DNA from: Shigella phage A2
Sequence record: OP197928
Reading direction: 5' to 3' (one strand)
Length of the DNA stretch: 64,000 nt
In this document: positions 9,939-20,982 of the stretch, in pieces
Position numbering within the stretch: the first letter of the stretch is position 1
Layout of the letters: every line of letters starts with the position of its first letter
Position numbers and translations under genes: made by a program
Notes under the pieces: generated by a model
The model's database searches: none
What the model was told of the DNA's origin: nothing
What the model saw: only the letters and a program-made list of their open reading frames with translations

Positions 9939-9950
9939 TATTTATAAATA
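9939..9950. promoter_or_regulatory. Overlapping divergent late promoters for gene 26 (-) and gene 51 (+)
   Basis: TATTTATAAATA contains TATAAATA on both strands between divergent starts at 9917 and 9968. Confidence 0.65.
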
Positions 9951-9967
9951 GAATAAAAGGAGCATCT

Positions 9968-10717
9968 ATGGCAAACATTATTCGTTGTAAATTACCAGAT
10001 GGTGTTCATCGTTTTAAACCATTTACGGTAGAAGATTATCGAGATTTTTTGTTAGTTCGAAACGATATAGAACATCGGTCACCACAAGAACAAAAAGAAA
10101 TAATTACTGATTTAATTGATGATTATTTTGGAGACTATCCGAAGACTTGGCAACCATTTATATTTTTGCAGGTATTTGTAGGTTCAATAGGTAAAACTAA
10201 AGTACCGGTCACATTTGTATGTCCAAAATGTAAAAAAGAAAAGACAGTTCCATTTGAAATATATCAAAAAGAATTAAAGGAACCTGTTTTTGATGTAGCT
10301 AATGTTAAAATTAAATTAAAGTTTCCTTCTGAGTTTTATGAAAATAAAGCAAAGATGATTACTGAAAATATTCATTCTGTTCAAGTAGATGAAATGTGGT
10401 ATGATTGGAATGAAATTAGCGAATCAAGTCAAATAGAACTTGTTGATGCCATCGAGATAGAAACATTAGAAAAAATTCTCGATGCAATGAATCCTATTAA
10501 TTTAACATTGCATATGTCATGCTGTAATAAGTACATTAAAAAATACACTGATATAGTAGATGTGTTTAAGCTATTAGTTAACCCAGATGAAATATTTACT
10601 TTTTATCAAATTAATCACACACTCGTAAAAAGTAATTATAGCTTAAATTCAATAATGAAAATGATTCCTGCTGAGCGCGGATTCGTATTAAAACTGATTG
10701 AGAAGGATAAACAATAA
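9968..10717 (+). CDS. 51: Baseplate hub assembly protein gp51
   Basis: 249 aa; first gene of 51-27-28-29-48-54 operon. Confidence 0.8.
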   Translation: MANIIRCKLPDGVHRFKPFTVEDYRDFLLVRNDIEHRSPQEQKEIITDLIDDYFGDYPKTWQPFIFLQVFVGSIGKTKVPVTFVCPKCKKEKTVPFEIYQKELKEPVFDVANVKIKLKFPSEFYENKAKMITENIHSVQVDEMWYDWNEISESSQIELVDAIEIETLEKILDAMNPINLTLHMSCCNKYIKKYTDIVDVFKLLVNPDEIFTFYQINHTLVKSNYSLNSIMKMIPAERGFVLKLIEKDKQ

Positions 10718-11892
10718 TGAGTATGTTGCAACGCCCCGGATATCCAAATCTCAGCGTTAAATTATTTGATAGCTACGACGCTTGGAGTAATAATAGATTT
10801 GTTGAATTAGCTGCTACTATTACTACATTAACTATGCGGGATTCTCTTTATGGCCGAAATGAAGGAATGCTGCAGTTTTATGATTCTAAAAACATCCATA
10901 CAAAAATGGATGGAAATGAAATAATTCAGATTTCTGTAGCTAATGCAAACGATATTAATAATGTTAAAACACGAATTTATGGATGCAAGCATTTTTCCGT
11001 GTCAGTAGATTCAAAAGGCGATAACATCATTGCTATTGAATTGGGAACTATTCATTCTATAGAAAATCTTAAATTTGGTAGACCATTTTTCCCTGATGCA
11101 GGTGAATCTATAAAAGAAATGCTTGGTGTCATTTATCAAGATCGCACATTATTAACTCCAGCAATAAATGCTATAAATGCTTATGTTCCTGATATTCCAT
11201 GGACTAGCACATTTGAAAACTATTTGTCATATGTAAGAGAAGTTGCTCTAGCTGTAGGAAGCGACAAATTTGTATTTGTATGGCAAGACATCATGGGAGT
11301 TAACATGATGGACTATGATATGATGATAAATCAAGAACCATATCCAATGATTGTCGGTGAGCCATCTTTAATAGGTCAATTTGTCCAAGAATTAAAATAT
11401 CCATTAGCATATGATTTCGTTTGGTTGACTAAATCGAATCCTCACAAACGTGACCCAATGAAAAATGCTACTATCTATGCTCATTCATTTTTAGATTCTT
11501 CATTGCCAATGATTACTACGGGAAAGGGCGAAAACTCTATTGTAGTGTCAAGGTCAGGTGCTTATTCTGAAATGACTTATAGGAATGGATATGAAGAAGC
11601 TATTCGTCTTCAAACTATGGCACAATATGACGGCTATGCTAAATGTTCTACTGTCGGTAATTTTAACTTGACTCCTGGTGTTAAAATTATTTTTAATGAT
11701 AGTAAAAACCAATTTAAAACAGAATTTTACGTTGATGAAGTTATCCACGAATTATCTAATAATAATTCAGTAACTCATCTATATATGTTCACTAATGCAA
11801 CGAAACTGGAAACAATAGACCCAGTTAAGGTTAAAAATGAATTTAAATCTGATACTACCACTGAAGAAAGTAGTTCTTCCAATAAGCAATAA
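10717..11892 (+). CDS. 27: Baseplate hub protein gp27
   Basis: 391 aa; gene order and size. Confidence 0.85.
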   Translation: MSMLQRPGYPNLSVKLFDSYDAWSNNRFVELAATITTLTMRDSLYGRNEGMLQFYDSKNIHTKMDGNEIIQISVANANDINNVKTRIYGCKHFSVSVDSKGDNIIAIELGTIHSIENLKFGRPFFPDAGESIKEMLGVIYQDRTLLTPAINAINAYVPDIPWTSTFENYLSYVREVALAVGSDKFVFVWQDIMGVNMMDYDMMINQEPYPMIVGEPSLIGQFVQELKYPLAYDFVWLTKSNPHKRDPMKNATIYAHSFLDSSLPMITTGKGENSIVVSRSGAYSEMTYRNGYEEAIRLQTMAQYDGYAKCSTVGNFNLTPGVKIIFNDSKNQFKTEFYVDEVIHELSNNNSVTHLYMFTNATKLETIDPVKVKNEFKSDTTTEESSSSNKQ

Positions 11893-12370
11893 AGAAGTTT
11901 CTATTCCTAAAATGGGTCTTAAACATTATAACATTTTAAAAGATGTTAAAGGTCCTGACGAAAATTTAAAACTTCTTATTGATTCTATTTGTCCGAATTT
12001 ATCACCAGCAGAAGTTGATTTCGTTTCTATTCATTTATTGGAATTTAATGGAAAGATTAAATCTCGTAAAGAAATAGATGGTTATACTTATGACATTAAT
12101 GATGTTTATGTATGCCAAAGATTGGAATTTCAATACCAAGGAAATACATTTTATTTTAGACCTCCTGGAAAATTTGAACAATTTTTAACGGTGAGCGATA
12201 TGTTATCCAAATGCTTGCTTAAGGTCAATGATGAAGTTAAAGAAATTAATTTTCTTGAGATGCCAGCATTCGTTTTAAAATGGGCAAATGATATTTTTAC
12301 AACTTTAGCAATTCCTGGCCCTAATGGTCCAATAACCGGAATTGGCAATATTATTGGATTATTTGAATGA
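11837..12370 (+). CDS. 28: Baseplate hub distal subunit gp28
   Basis: 177 aa; overlaps end of 27. Confidence 0.8.
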   Translation: MNLNLILPLKKVVLPISNKEVSIPKMGLKHYNILKDVKGPDENLKLLIDSICPNLSPAEVDFVSIHLLEFNGKIKSRKEIDGYTYDINDVYVCQRLEFQYQGNTFYFRPPGKFEQFLTVSDMLSKCLLKVNDEVKEINFLEMPAFVLKWANDIFTTLAIPGPNGPITGIGNIIGLFE

Positions 12371-14139
12371 AAAAGCCACAAGAAATGCAAACGATGCGTA
12401 GAAAAGTTATTTCAGATAATAAACCAACACAGGAAGCGGCTAAATCCGCTTCTAACACTTTATCTGGACTTAACGATATATCTACGAAATTGGATGATGC
12501 TCAAGCTGCTTCTGAATTAATTGCTCAAACTGTCGAAGAAAAATCGAATGAAATAATTGGAGCAATTGACAATGTAGAAAGCGCAGTGAGTGATACTACT
12601 GCTGGTTCTGAGTTAATTGCTGAAACTGTCGAAATTGGCAATAATATTAATAAAGAAATCGGTGAATCGCTCGGGAGCAAATTAGATAAATTAACAAGTT
12701 TACTAGAGCAAAAAATTCAGACAGCTGGAATTCAACAAACAGGAACTAGTTTAGCTACGGTTGAAAGCGCTATTCCTGTTAAAGTTGTTGAGGACGATAC
12801 AGCTGAATCTGTGGGTCCTTTATTACCGGCTCCTGAAGCAGTTAATAATGATCCTGATGCTGATTTTTTCCCTACCCCTCAGCCAGTTGAACCTAAACAA
12901 GAATCGCCAGAAGAAAAACAGAAAAAAGACGCATTTAACTTAAAATTATCTCAAGCTTTAGATAAATTAACAAAGACTGTTGATTTCGGATTTAAGAAAT
13001 CTATTTCAATTACTGATAAAATATCAAGCATGCTATTTAAGTATACCGTCAGTGCTGCTATTGAAGCTGCTAAAATGACTGCAATGATATTGGCTGTTGT
13101 TGTTGGAATAGACCTGTTGATGGTTCATTTCAAATATTGGTCAGATAAATTTTCACAGGCATGGGATTTATTTAGTACAGACTTTACTAAATTCTCTAGC
13201 GAAACCGGAACATGGGGTCCTTTATTACAGAGCATCTTTAGTTCTATTGATGAAATTAAAAAATTCTGGGAAGAGGGAGATTGGGGCGGTTTGACGGTAG
13301 CTATTGTAGAAGGGCTTGGAAAGGTTCTTTATAATTTAGGAGAACTTATTCAGCTTGGAATGGCTAAATTATCTGCTGCAATTCTTCGAGTCATTCCTGG
13401 CATGAAGGATACCGCTGATGAAGTAGAAGGAAGAGCACTAGAAAATTTCCAAAATTCTACTGGAGCATCTCTCAATAAAGAAGACCAGGAAAAAGTTGCA
13501 AATTATCAAGATAAACGAATGAACGGAGACCTTGGTCCGATAGCAAAAGGATTAGATAAAATTGCTAATTGGAAAACTCGTGCATCTAACTGGATTCGTG
13601 GCGTTGATAATAAAGAAGCACTAACTACCGACGAAGAACGCGCAGCAGAAGAAGAAAAATTAAAGCAACTTTCACCAGAAGAAAGAAAAAATGCTTTAAT
13701 GAAGGCTAATGAAGCTCGGGCCGCGATGATTCGTTTTGAAAAATATGCTGATTCAGCTGATATGAGTAAAGACTCAACGGTTAAATCAGTTGAAGCTGCC
13801 TATGAAGACCTTAAAAAACGGATGGATGACCCGGATTTAAATAATTCACCGGCAGTTAAAAAAGAACTTGCTGCTAGATTTTCTAAAATTGATGCTACTT
13901 ATCAAGAGCTCAAGAAAAATCAGCCTAATGCCAAACCTGAAACTTCTGCTAAATCGCCAGAAGCAAAACAAGTCCAGGTAATAGAAAAGAACAAAGCACA
14001 GCAAGCTCCTGTTCAACAAGCATCTCCTTCGATCAATAATACTAATAATGTTGTTAAGAAAAATACTGTCGTTCATAATATGACACCCGTAACGAGCACG
14101 ACTGCTCCTGGTGTATTTGACGCGACTGGAGTTAATTAA
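12367..14139 (+). CDS. 29: Tail-length tape measure / baseplate hub protein gp29
   Basis: 590 aa; low-complexity coiled regions; gene order. Confidence 0.85.
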   Translation: MKKPQEMQTMRRKVISDNKPTQEAAKSASNTLSGLNDISTKLDDAQAASELIAQTVEEKSNEIIGAIDNVESAVSDTTAGSELIAETVEIGNNINKEIGESLGSKLDKLTSLLEQKIQTAGIQQTGTSLATVESAIPVKVVEDDTAESVGPLLPAPEAVNNDPDADFFPTPQPVEPKQESPEEKQKKDAFNLKLSQALDKLTKTVDFGFKKSISITDKISSMLFKYTVSAAIEAAKMTAMILAVVVGIDLLMVHFKYWSDKFSQAWDLFSTDFTKFSSETGTWGPLLQSIFSSIDEIKKFWEEGDWGGLTVAIVEGLGKVLYNLGELIQLGMAKLSAAILRVIPGMKDTADEVEGRALENFQNSTGASLNKEDQEKVANYQDKRMNGDLGPIAKGLDKIANWKTRASNWIRGVDNKEALTTDEERAAEEEKLKQLSPEERKNALMKANEARAAMIRFEKYADSADMSKDSTVKSVEAAYEDLKKRMDDPDLNNSPAVKKELAARFSKIDATYQELKKNQPNAKPETSAKSPEAKQVQVIEKNKAQQAPVQQASPSINNTNNVVKKNTVVHNMTPVTSTTAPGVFDATGVN

Positions 14140-14147
14140 GGAATAAT

Positions 14148-15242
14148 ATGGCAATTGTTAAAGAAATAACTGCTGATTTAATTAAAAAGTCCGGTGAGAA
14201 AATTTCAGCCGGACAGAGTACTAAATCAGAAGTAGCAACTAAAACATACACTGCCCAGTTTCCAACTGGGCGTGCTAGTGGTAATGACACTACAGGGGAC
14301 TTCCAGGTAACAGATCTATATAAGAATGGATTATTATTTACTGCATACAATATGTCATCTAGGGATTCTGGAAGTCTTAGATCGATGAGATCTAACTACT
14401 CTTCTTCATCTTCGAGTATTTTAAGTACAGCTAGAAACACTATTAGTAGTACAGTATCAAAACTATCAAATGGATTAATATCAAACAATAATTCAGGAAC
14501 AATAAGTAAAGCTCCTGTCGCAAACATTCTTTTACCGAGATCTAAATCTGACGTTGATACATCATCACATAGATTTAACGATGTCCAAGAAAGCCTTATC
14601 AGCAGAGGCGGAGGTACTGCTACTGGTGTGTTAAGTAATATTGCTTCAACTGCAGTATTTGGGGCACTGGAAAGTATAACGCAAGGTATAATGGCTGATA
14701 ATAATGAACAGATTTATACGACAGCCAGAAGTATGTATGGCGGTGCTGAGAATAGAACTAAAGTGTTTACATGGGATTTGACACCACGTTCAACAGAAGA
14801 TTTGATGGCTATTATTAATATCTATCAGTATTTTAACTATTTTTCTTATGGTGAAACGGGCAAATCTCAATATGCTGCTGAAATAAAGGGGTATTTAGAT
14901 GATTGGTATCGTTCTACATTAATTGAACCTTTATCTCCGGAAGACGCAGCTAAAAATAAAACACTATTTGAGAAAATGACATCGAGTTTAACTAACGTTC
15001 TAGTAGTTTCAAACCCGACAATTTGGATGGTGAAAAACTTTGGTGCAACATCTAAGTTTGATGGAAAAACGGAAATATTTGGCCCATGTCAAATACAGAG
15101 CATCAGATTTGATAAAACACCTAATGGTAACTTTAATGGATTAGCTATTGCTCCAAACCTCCCTAGTACATTTACTCTTGAGATTACTATGAGAGAAATT
15201 ATCACGTTAAACCGTGCTTCTTTATATGCGGGGACTTTTTAA
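14148..15242 (+). CDS. 48: Baseplate tail-tube junction protein gp48
   Basis: 364 aa; gene order. Confidence 0.85.
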   Translation: MAIVKEITADLIKKSGEKISAGQSTKSEVATKTYTAQFPTGRASGNDTTGDFQVTDLYKNGLLFTAYNMSSRDSGSLRSMRSNYSSSSSSILSTARNTISSTVSKLSNGLISNNNSGTISKAPVANILLPRSKSDVDTSSHRFNDVQESLISRGGGTATGVLSNIASTAVFGALESITQGIMADNNEQIYTTARSMYGGAENRTKVFTWDLTPRSTEDLMAIINIYQYFNYFSYGETGKSQYAAEIKGYLDDWYRSTLIEPLSPEDAAKNKTLFEKMTSSLTNVLVVSNPTIWMVKNFGATSKFDGKTEIFGPCQIQSIRFDKTPNGNFNGLAIAPNLPSTFTLEITMREIITLNRASLYAGTF

Positions 15243-16207
15243 TGTATTCTTTAGAGGAATTTAATAATCAAGCAATAAACGCAGATTTCCAACGTAATAA
15301 TATGTTTAGCTGCGTTTTTGCGACAACTCCATCAACTAAAAGCTCTTCGTTGATAAGTTCAATTAGCAACTTTTCTTATAATAACTTGGGTCTAAATTCA
15401 GATTGGTTAGGATTGACTCAAGGCGATATTAATCAGGGAATTACCACGCTAATTACCGCTGGCACACAAAAACTGATAAGAAAATCAGGGGTTAGTAAAT
15501 ATCTTATTGGTGCCATGAGTCAACGTACAGTTCAAAGTTTATTGGGCTCATTTACAGTTGGTACATATTTAATTGACTTCTTTAACATGGCATATAACTC
15601 ATCTGGATTGATGATATATTCTGTAAAAATGCCAGAGAATAGATTATCCTATGAAACTGACTGGAACTATAATTCTCCTAATATTCGTATAACTGGGAGA
15701 GAATTAGACCCTTTGGTTATTTCATTTAGAATGGATTCAGAAGCATGTAACTATCGTGCAATGCAAGACTGGGTTAACGCTGTTCAAGACCCAGTAACTG
15801 GATTGCGTGCTTTGCCACAAGATGTCGAGGCAGATATTCAGGTTAATCTTCATGCTCGTAATGGATTACCTCATACTGCGGTGATGTTCACTGGATGCAT
15901 TCCAGTGTCAGTGAGTGCTCCTGAGTTATCATATGATGGAGATAACCAAATAACTACATTTGATGTTACTTTTGCGTATAGAGTCATGCAGGCTGGGTCG
16001 GTTGATAGACAAGCTGCGCTTGAGTGGCTTGAATCTGCTGCTATAAATGGCATTCAAAGCGTTCTCGGAAATAGTGGAGGTGTTACTGGATTATCTAATT
16101 CGCTTTCACGACTTAGTAGATTAGGAGGAACTGCTGGAAGCATTTCAAACATTAATACTATGACGGGAATTGTCAACTCGCAAAGTAAAATATTAGGAGC
16201 AATATAA
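15242..16207 (+). CDS. 54: Baseplate tail-tube initiator gp54
   Basis: 321 aa; gene order. Confidence 0.85.
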   Translation: MYSLEEFNNQAINADFQRNNMFSCVFATTPSTKSSSLISSISNFSYNNLGLNSDWLGLTQGDINQGITTLITAGTQKLIRKSGVSKYLIGAMSQRTVQSLLGSFTVGTYLIDFFNMAYNSSGLMIYSVKMPENRLSYETDWNYNSPNIRITGRELDPLVISFRMDSEACNYRAMQDWVNAVQDPVTGLRALPQDVEADIQVNLHARNGLPHTAVMFTGCIPVSVSAPELSYDGDNQITTFDVTFAYRVMQAGSVDRQAALEWLESAAINGIQSVLGNSGGVTGLSNSLSRLSRLGGTAGSISNINTMTGIVNSQSKILGAI

Positions 16208-16211
16208 CAAT

Positions 16212-16237
16212 GGGGACCGAAAGGTCCCCATATTTTT
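16212..16237. terminator. Hairpin terminator after gene 54 (convergent with minus-strand genes)
   Basis: GGGGACC-GAAA-GGTCCCC followed by ATATTTTTATTT. Confidence 0.75.
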
Positions 16238-16526
16238 ATTTACGGAATGAAATAAAAGCAGCAACTGAAGCAACTAAACTGTCTTCAATATAAACTTCAA
16301 TTTTTACCGGAGCTTCTGACTCAAATTTACCTGTTACTACACCTTGGAAAATGCTTTCAGTCTGCTCTGGCTTTGAAAAATTTTCAGAAGGAAAAATTCC
16401 GAACTTTTTATCTGTTCCAAAAATTTTGATAAATTCATCATAAACTGCTTCATTAAAAGCATTATCAGCAGGAATAACGCCTTCAACTACAAGTTCTTGA
16501 CCTAAAAAGCGCAAAGAAGATTTCAT
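16236..16526 (-). CDS. Hypothetical protein (alt.-3 position)
   Basis: 96 aa ORF with SD GAGGA; early promoter block upstream. Confidence 0.65.
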   Translation of the reverse strand: MKSSLRFLGQELVVEGVIPADNAFNEAVYDEFIKIFGTDKKFGIFPSENFSKPEQTESIFQGVVTGKFESEAPVKIEVYIEDSLVASVAAFISFRK

Positions 16527-16557
16527 TTTGTGTTCCTCATGTTATGTCAGTAAAATT

Positions 16558-16587
16558 ACTATAACACAACACGAGGGACTTGTAAAC
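16558..16587 (-). promoter_or_regulatory. T4-type early promoter (GTTTACA -35, 17 bp, TATAGT -10)
   Basis: Read on minus strand; 53 bp block near-identical to 32170..32222. Confidence 0.55.
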
Positions 16588-18644
16588 TACATCTTGAACT
16601 TTTTAGACATTCCGTTGATGTTAACCAAAGAAGCCAAGATTTGAGAAACTTCGTTTTTCTCTTCTTTTGATTCTTCTACAAGGAATTGATTAAACCCAGC
16701 CATTGGACGAACTTCACCAGTTTCCATCAGATGATCGCCATCATATACCGATTCTTCTAATTGTTCAGAAGGAGGAACGATTGTGCCTTCGATTAGATAC
16801 TTGTTATAAGCAGTTTCTTTCATCATGTACGTGCTTACTTTATTAATCTTCAACAAAATTCCACGCGGTAAAATAACTTCAGCTTCTGATGGAAATCCTG
16901 ATAAATGACCTGGAACGATAACTTTAATTCGCTCAGCTCCTTTTATTACCATACCTACGCTAGTTTCAGCATCTTCATTAGCATATGCAGAATGACTGCC
17001 CATATGCATTAAATCTTCAGCATCAACAGAACCTTCTCCTTCACCAGAAAATACTGCGCCGGAATCATCTAGAGCCATATAGTTTTTACCATGCTCACCG
17101 AAGATATTTGGTTTAAGCGATGTTGATACGAAGTTCTTGAAATAAAACATTTTATTTTCAATATTATGACGTAAAGTTTTAAAGGTAACTTCTTGTCCAC
17201 GATAAAGCGTAGTTCCTGGAGGAAGAACTGAACCTTTGGCAAAGGCAGAATCCATTGTCTCGATGTGTTTAATAGCTCGTTCCATGTATTCTTCACGGGT
17301 AGAATCTGGTTTACCCAAGAGGAACGAGTTCATTTCAACATATGAATCTGCACAATAATCTTCAATTACATCAGACTCAGCCTGAGTCAGTCCTTTTGGA
17401 GTTACTTCGGTGCTTGCGTATTCATATGCCTGAGCAGCAGATTCATTAATCAATTTATAAATGCCATTCATGACAAATTGAATAATAGCTACCTTTTCGT
17501 CTGGCGTGGCTTTAGAACCTTTAACTAAATCATTGATAATTTTCTTAATAACATCAAAGCTATTAGAAATATTAATGTCAGCGAGATCGCTCAAAATTTT
17601 ATCGGTTTTATAATCAAAGAATTCTTTATTCTTTAAATATTCTTGAGAACCTTGATATGTTATATCGCTCTGCAGCTTGATAGATGGATCACGTAAACGT
17701 GCATGGGCCAATGCAATATGATTTCGGAAGCTTTCTAGTTCATAATCATTAGATTTAAAACGAGAAGCACTCCTCATACCACCGATAGCTCCTTTGCCGA
17801 AGTTTGAACCAATCTGAATAACGCCAGAGTTCATTGGTCCTTCTGCTTTATATACCGGAACTTTAGATTCAAACTCTTGATATTTCTTAGCGGCGAAGCT
17901 ATCACCCTGAAGTGAAGCATCGACAGTAGAATATTGAGCTTGTGCTGCTAATCGACGACTAATTTTAGTTTTCTGAATAACAGCTTGATCCGTGCGCTTA
18001 TCATTTTCTAGAGCAATAGAAGCGGCAACAGCAACAGCTTTAGGAACAGCATTACCTGTTTTAACGTCTACATAAACATCACCAACCTTTGATTCAACTT
18101 TTGTGAATAACTCAGTTGAAATAGGAGGTACACCTGGAATGTCTTCTAAATTAGCAGTTTTACGATAAACCATAATATATGCATACTTTTTATCATAGTC
18201 CCAGATTTCCTTTAAAAGAACATATCGACCTGCTCCTTTAGTACGTACTAAACGGTCAGCAATAACTTGCATTTGACGAGCAGCGCCATTTGTTTTACTT
18301 TTTAGTACGCGGAATAGGCATGCGTCAATTTTATACTGTTTCATTGTTTGAAGAGCAGTATCAAAAACCGCATTAATGACACCAATTGGATTTCCACCCA
18401 AGTTTTTAAGTTTAACTAATGATAGTTTCTCATTAACACCTATCATTACGATATGCATCATTTTATCGCCTGGCTTAACGTTTTTATTTGTATCACCGCC
18501 AGAGGTGTATGTACAAAATCTAAATCCAGGAAGCACACTTTCTTCACCGGCTTGAATAGCAAAAATTTGAGGTATTTTATGCTTAGGATTTAAGTTAACA
18601 ACCGGCGCCGAAGCGCCGTCAAATAATTCTGTAATAAGTTCCAT
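16587..18644 (-). CDS. Alt-family mono-ADP-ribosyltransferase, paralogue A (head-packaged)
   Basis: 685 aa; N-terminal MELITELFD capsid-targeting/gp21 cleavage motif; ART triad R (YRGQ), S (STS), ExE (EAEVILPRG). Confidence 0.85.
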   Translation of the reverse strand: MELITELFDGASAPVVNLNPKHKIPQIFAIQAGEESVLPGFRFCTYTSGGDTNKNVKPGDKMMHIVMIGVNEKLSLVKLKNLGGNPIGVINAVFDTALQTMKQYKIDACLFRVLKSKTNGAARQMQVIADRLVRTKGAGRYVLLKEIWDYDKKYAYIMVYRKTANLEDIPGVPPISTELFTKVESKVGDVYVDVKTGNAVPKAVAVAASIALENDKRTDQAVIQKTKISRRLAAQAQYSTVDASLQGDSFAAKKYQEFESKVPVYKAEGPMNSGVIQIGSNFGKGAIGGMRSASRFKSNDYELESFRNHIALAHARLRDPSIKLQSDITYQGSQEYLKNKEFFDYKTDKILSDLADINISNSFDVIKKIINDLVKGSKATPDEKVAIIQFVMNGIYKLINESAAQAYEYASTEVTPKGLTQAESDVIEDYCADSYVEMNSFLLGKPDSTREEYMERAIKHIETMDSAFAKGSVLPPGTTLYRGQEVTFKTLRHNIENKMFYFKNFVSTSLKPNIFGEHGKNYMALDDSGAVFSGEGEGSVDAEDLMHMGSHSAYANEDAETSVGMVIKGAERIKVIVPGHLSGFPSEAEVILPRGILLKINKVSTYMMKETAYNKYLIEGTIVPPSEQLEESVYDGDHLMETGEVRPMAGFNQFLVEESKEEKNEVSQILASLVNINGMSKKFKM

Positions 18645-18647
18645 GAT

Positions 18648-20741
18648 TTATCCTTGAACGAACTTGTAAGGCATGTTTGCAATATCTATGCAAGACGCAA
18701 TAATTCCAAGAGATGATTCTACTTTTTGTTTAACATTTGATGAAACAAATGATGCAAAGTCAACTCTGTCTTCTATTTCAATATCACCTGTCATTGTAAC
18801 TACTTCACCAGTTTCCATTAGACGGTCACCGTCATAAATTACTGATTCGGTGAGTTCTTCCGTAGTCATAACTTCAGCTTGAATGAGTTTTGTATTATTA
18901 GATGTTGTTCCGTCATTATTAGAAGCATCAGTTATTTTATTAACTTTGACCATCAATCCTCGTGGTAGAATAACTTCAGCTTCTGTTGCTATTCCGAGAC
19001 TTCCTGGATATACAACATTAACTTTATGAGCTCCATCAATTGCCCATCCTATTTGAACTTTAACGTATTCTGGATTTTCTTTATACGCTCTTATTTCGTT
19101 TGGATTAATAGTTATTCCTTCTTCATTTTTATCAACTGTTAATTCATTACGAGCTTCTGGTTCTAAAAGACCAATGCCAGCATGTGTAATTCCAAAACGT
19201 CCAAAAATGATAGGAGTTAAAGAAGTAGATACAAAATTTCTGAAATAGAACACTTTATTTTTAACTAGTGCTTCGTATATAGGAGCAGTCATACTTTGAG
19301 CACGATAAACTGTAATGCCTTCTGGTATACGGTCACCATTTTCAAAAGCTGAATCTAAGTTATTTATAGCAGATTCAATTTCTTTTTCACTCATTACATC
19401 ATATCGTTCTGGATTGTAGCGTCCTAAAAGAAGATTATTGATGTCAGTATATCCTGAACCGCAATACTCTCTAATGCCGCGCTTTTGTGATGGAGTATAT
19501 TTAGAACCATCACGGGCAATAGTAATATCAATCATTGGACCTGCACCAATTCCAGAAAAACTATAAATCATTCGTTTGAGGAATTTAGTTTTTGCTGCGT
19601 TCCAGGAATTTTTAGTTATTTCTTCCCAGACTTCATCTGGCTGCCCTTTACGAGTTTTATTATGTTTATCAAGCCAAGTATCTTTATATTCTTCAAAGAA
19701 TTTATTAATAGCTGCTGCATACTTCTCTAAACATTTTATTGAAGTAGTCGGTTCATTTTTAATCGCATTAAGAATTACATCTTTAATTTTTTCAGAAACT
19801 TCATTAACCTCACTTTTTGAAAAGAATTTATAGTCATAATGAAGTTCATCTGCGGTTCCTTCGGCAATAATTTTTGCTGCCTTAGTTTTAGAAGCTAATG
19901 AATTAATTCCAAGTTTCATTTCTTCTGCTTCGGGAATTAAAGGAGCGGTAGCAGGTTTATTGAAATTAGCTGCGGTAGATTCATATTTCTGGAATAATTC
20001 ACTTTCAAATCTAGAAGATTCCAATGACTGACTTTGTGCAATTGCTCTACGGGAAATTTTAACTTTAACGATTACAGCTTGGTCAGAACGTTTATCATTT
20101 TCTTGTGCAATAGATGCTGCAATTGCCTCATTTTTAGTTACTTGAGCTCCAGTATCTTTATTGATATAAACATCGCCGACTTTCGATTCAACTTTAGTAA
20201 AGAGCTCGGTGCTAATTTCCGGAACTCCTGGAATGTCTTCTAGTGATACATTTTTGCGATGTATAAGAATATATGCATACTTTTTATCATAATCCCAGAG
20301 TTCCTTAAGAAGGACGTATCTGCCACCTGAACGACTGCGGATAAGTCTATCAGCAATAACTTGAATTTGTCGAGCTTGACCAGCAGTTTTAGACTTAAGA
20401 ATACGAAGCATACAGGCATCAATTTTATACTGACGCATCGTCTGCATCGCAACAGTAAAAACTGAATTGATGTAATTAATTGGGCTTGGACCGAGACCTT
20501 TTAATTTAGCAATTGAACCTTTAGCAGTTAATGTAAAAGGAACAATATGCATCATTTTATCGCCCATCTTTAAATCGCGATTAGTATCACCTCCAGATGT
20601 ATAGGTACATAAACGAAAGCCTGGTTGTTCAATTGCGTCATCAACATGAACTGAAAAAATTTGTGGTATTTTCTTCTTTGGATTTAAGTTTGTAATCGGA
20701 AGAGTAGTATCTTCGTCAAATAATTCTGTAATGAGTTCCAT
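18648..20741 (-). CDS. Alt-family mono-ADP-ribosyltransferase, paralogue B (head-packaged)
   Basis: 697 aa from second Met; same MELITELFD N-terminus and R (YRAQ), S (STS), ExE (EAEVILPRG) motifs; which copy is the canonical alt orthologue cannot be decided without alignment. Confidence 0.85.
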   Translation of the reverse strand: MELITELFDEDTTLPITNLNPKKKIPQIFSVHVDDAIEQPGFRLCTYTSGGDTNRDLKMGDKMMHIVPFTLTAKGSIAKLKGLGPSPINYINSVFTVAMQTMRQYKIDACMLRILKSKTAGQARQIQVIADRLIRSRSGGRYVLLKELWDYDKKYAYILIHRKNVSLEDIPGVPEISTELFTKVESKVGDVYINKDTGAQVTKNEAIAASIAQENDKRSDQAVIVKVKISRRAIAQSQSLESSRFESELFQKYESTAANFNKPATAPLIPEAEEMKLGINSLASKTKAAKIIAEGTADELHYDYKFFSKSEVNEVSEKIKDVILNAIKNEPTTSIKCLEKYAAAINKFFEEYKDTWLDKHNKTRKGQPDEVWEEITKNSWNAAKTKFLKRMIYSFSGIGAGPMIDITIARDGSKYTPSQKRGIREYCGSGYTDINNLLLGRYNPERYDVMSEKEIESAINNLDSAFENGDRIPEGITVYRAQSMTAPIYEALVKNKVFYFRNFVSTSLTPIIFGRFGITHAGIGLLEPEARNELTVDKNEEGITINPNEIRAYKENPEYVKVQIGWAIDGAHKVNVVYPGSLGIATEAEVILPRGLMVKVNKITDASNNDGTTSNNTKLIQAEVMTTEELTESVIYDGDRLMETGEVVTMTGDIEIEDRVDFASFVSSNVKQKVESSLGIIASCIDIANMPYKFVQG

Positions 20742-20769
20742 CATATCCTCTCTAGTGTTTATTCTATTT

Positions 20770-20792
20770 ATAAAATTAAAGGCCCGAAGGCC
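20770..20792 (-). terminator. Hairpin terminator downstream of the 62 aa ORF
   Basis: GGCC-TTCG-GGCC hairpin plus T-rich tail on minus strand. Confidence 0.5.
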
Positions 20793-20793
20793 T

Positions 20794-20982
20794 TTAATAA
20801 TCTATTGGTAAGAGAGTACGATATATTTCAAACTTTGGACCTTTTTCATAGGCATCAAATGTTTCTGTGAATTTATTATAAGCATATGCATCTATAAATT
20901 CAATCATAATTTGTGATACAGAAGTAGAAACATCTCCACCTTCTTTTTGAGCAACGACAATTGTTTCTAAGTAAGCTTTCAT
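20794..20982 (-). CDS. Hypothetical protein
   Basis: 62 aa ORF overlapping stop of gene 30 (ATGA-type coupling). Confidence 0.6.
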   Translation of the reverse strand: MKAYLETIVVAQKEGGDVSTSVSQIMIEFIDAYAYNKFTETFDAYEKGPKFEIYRTLLPIDY

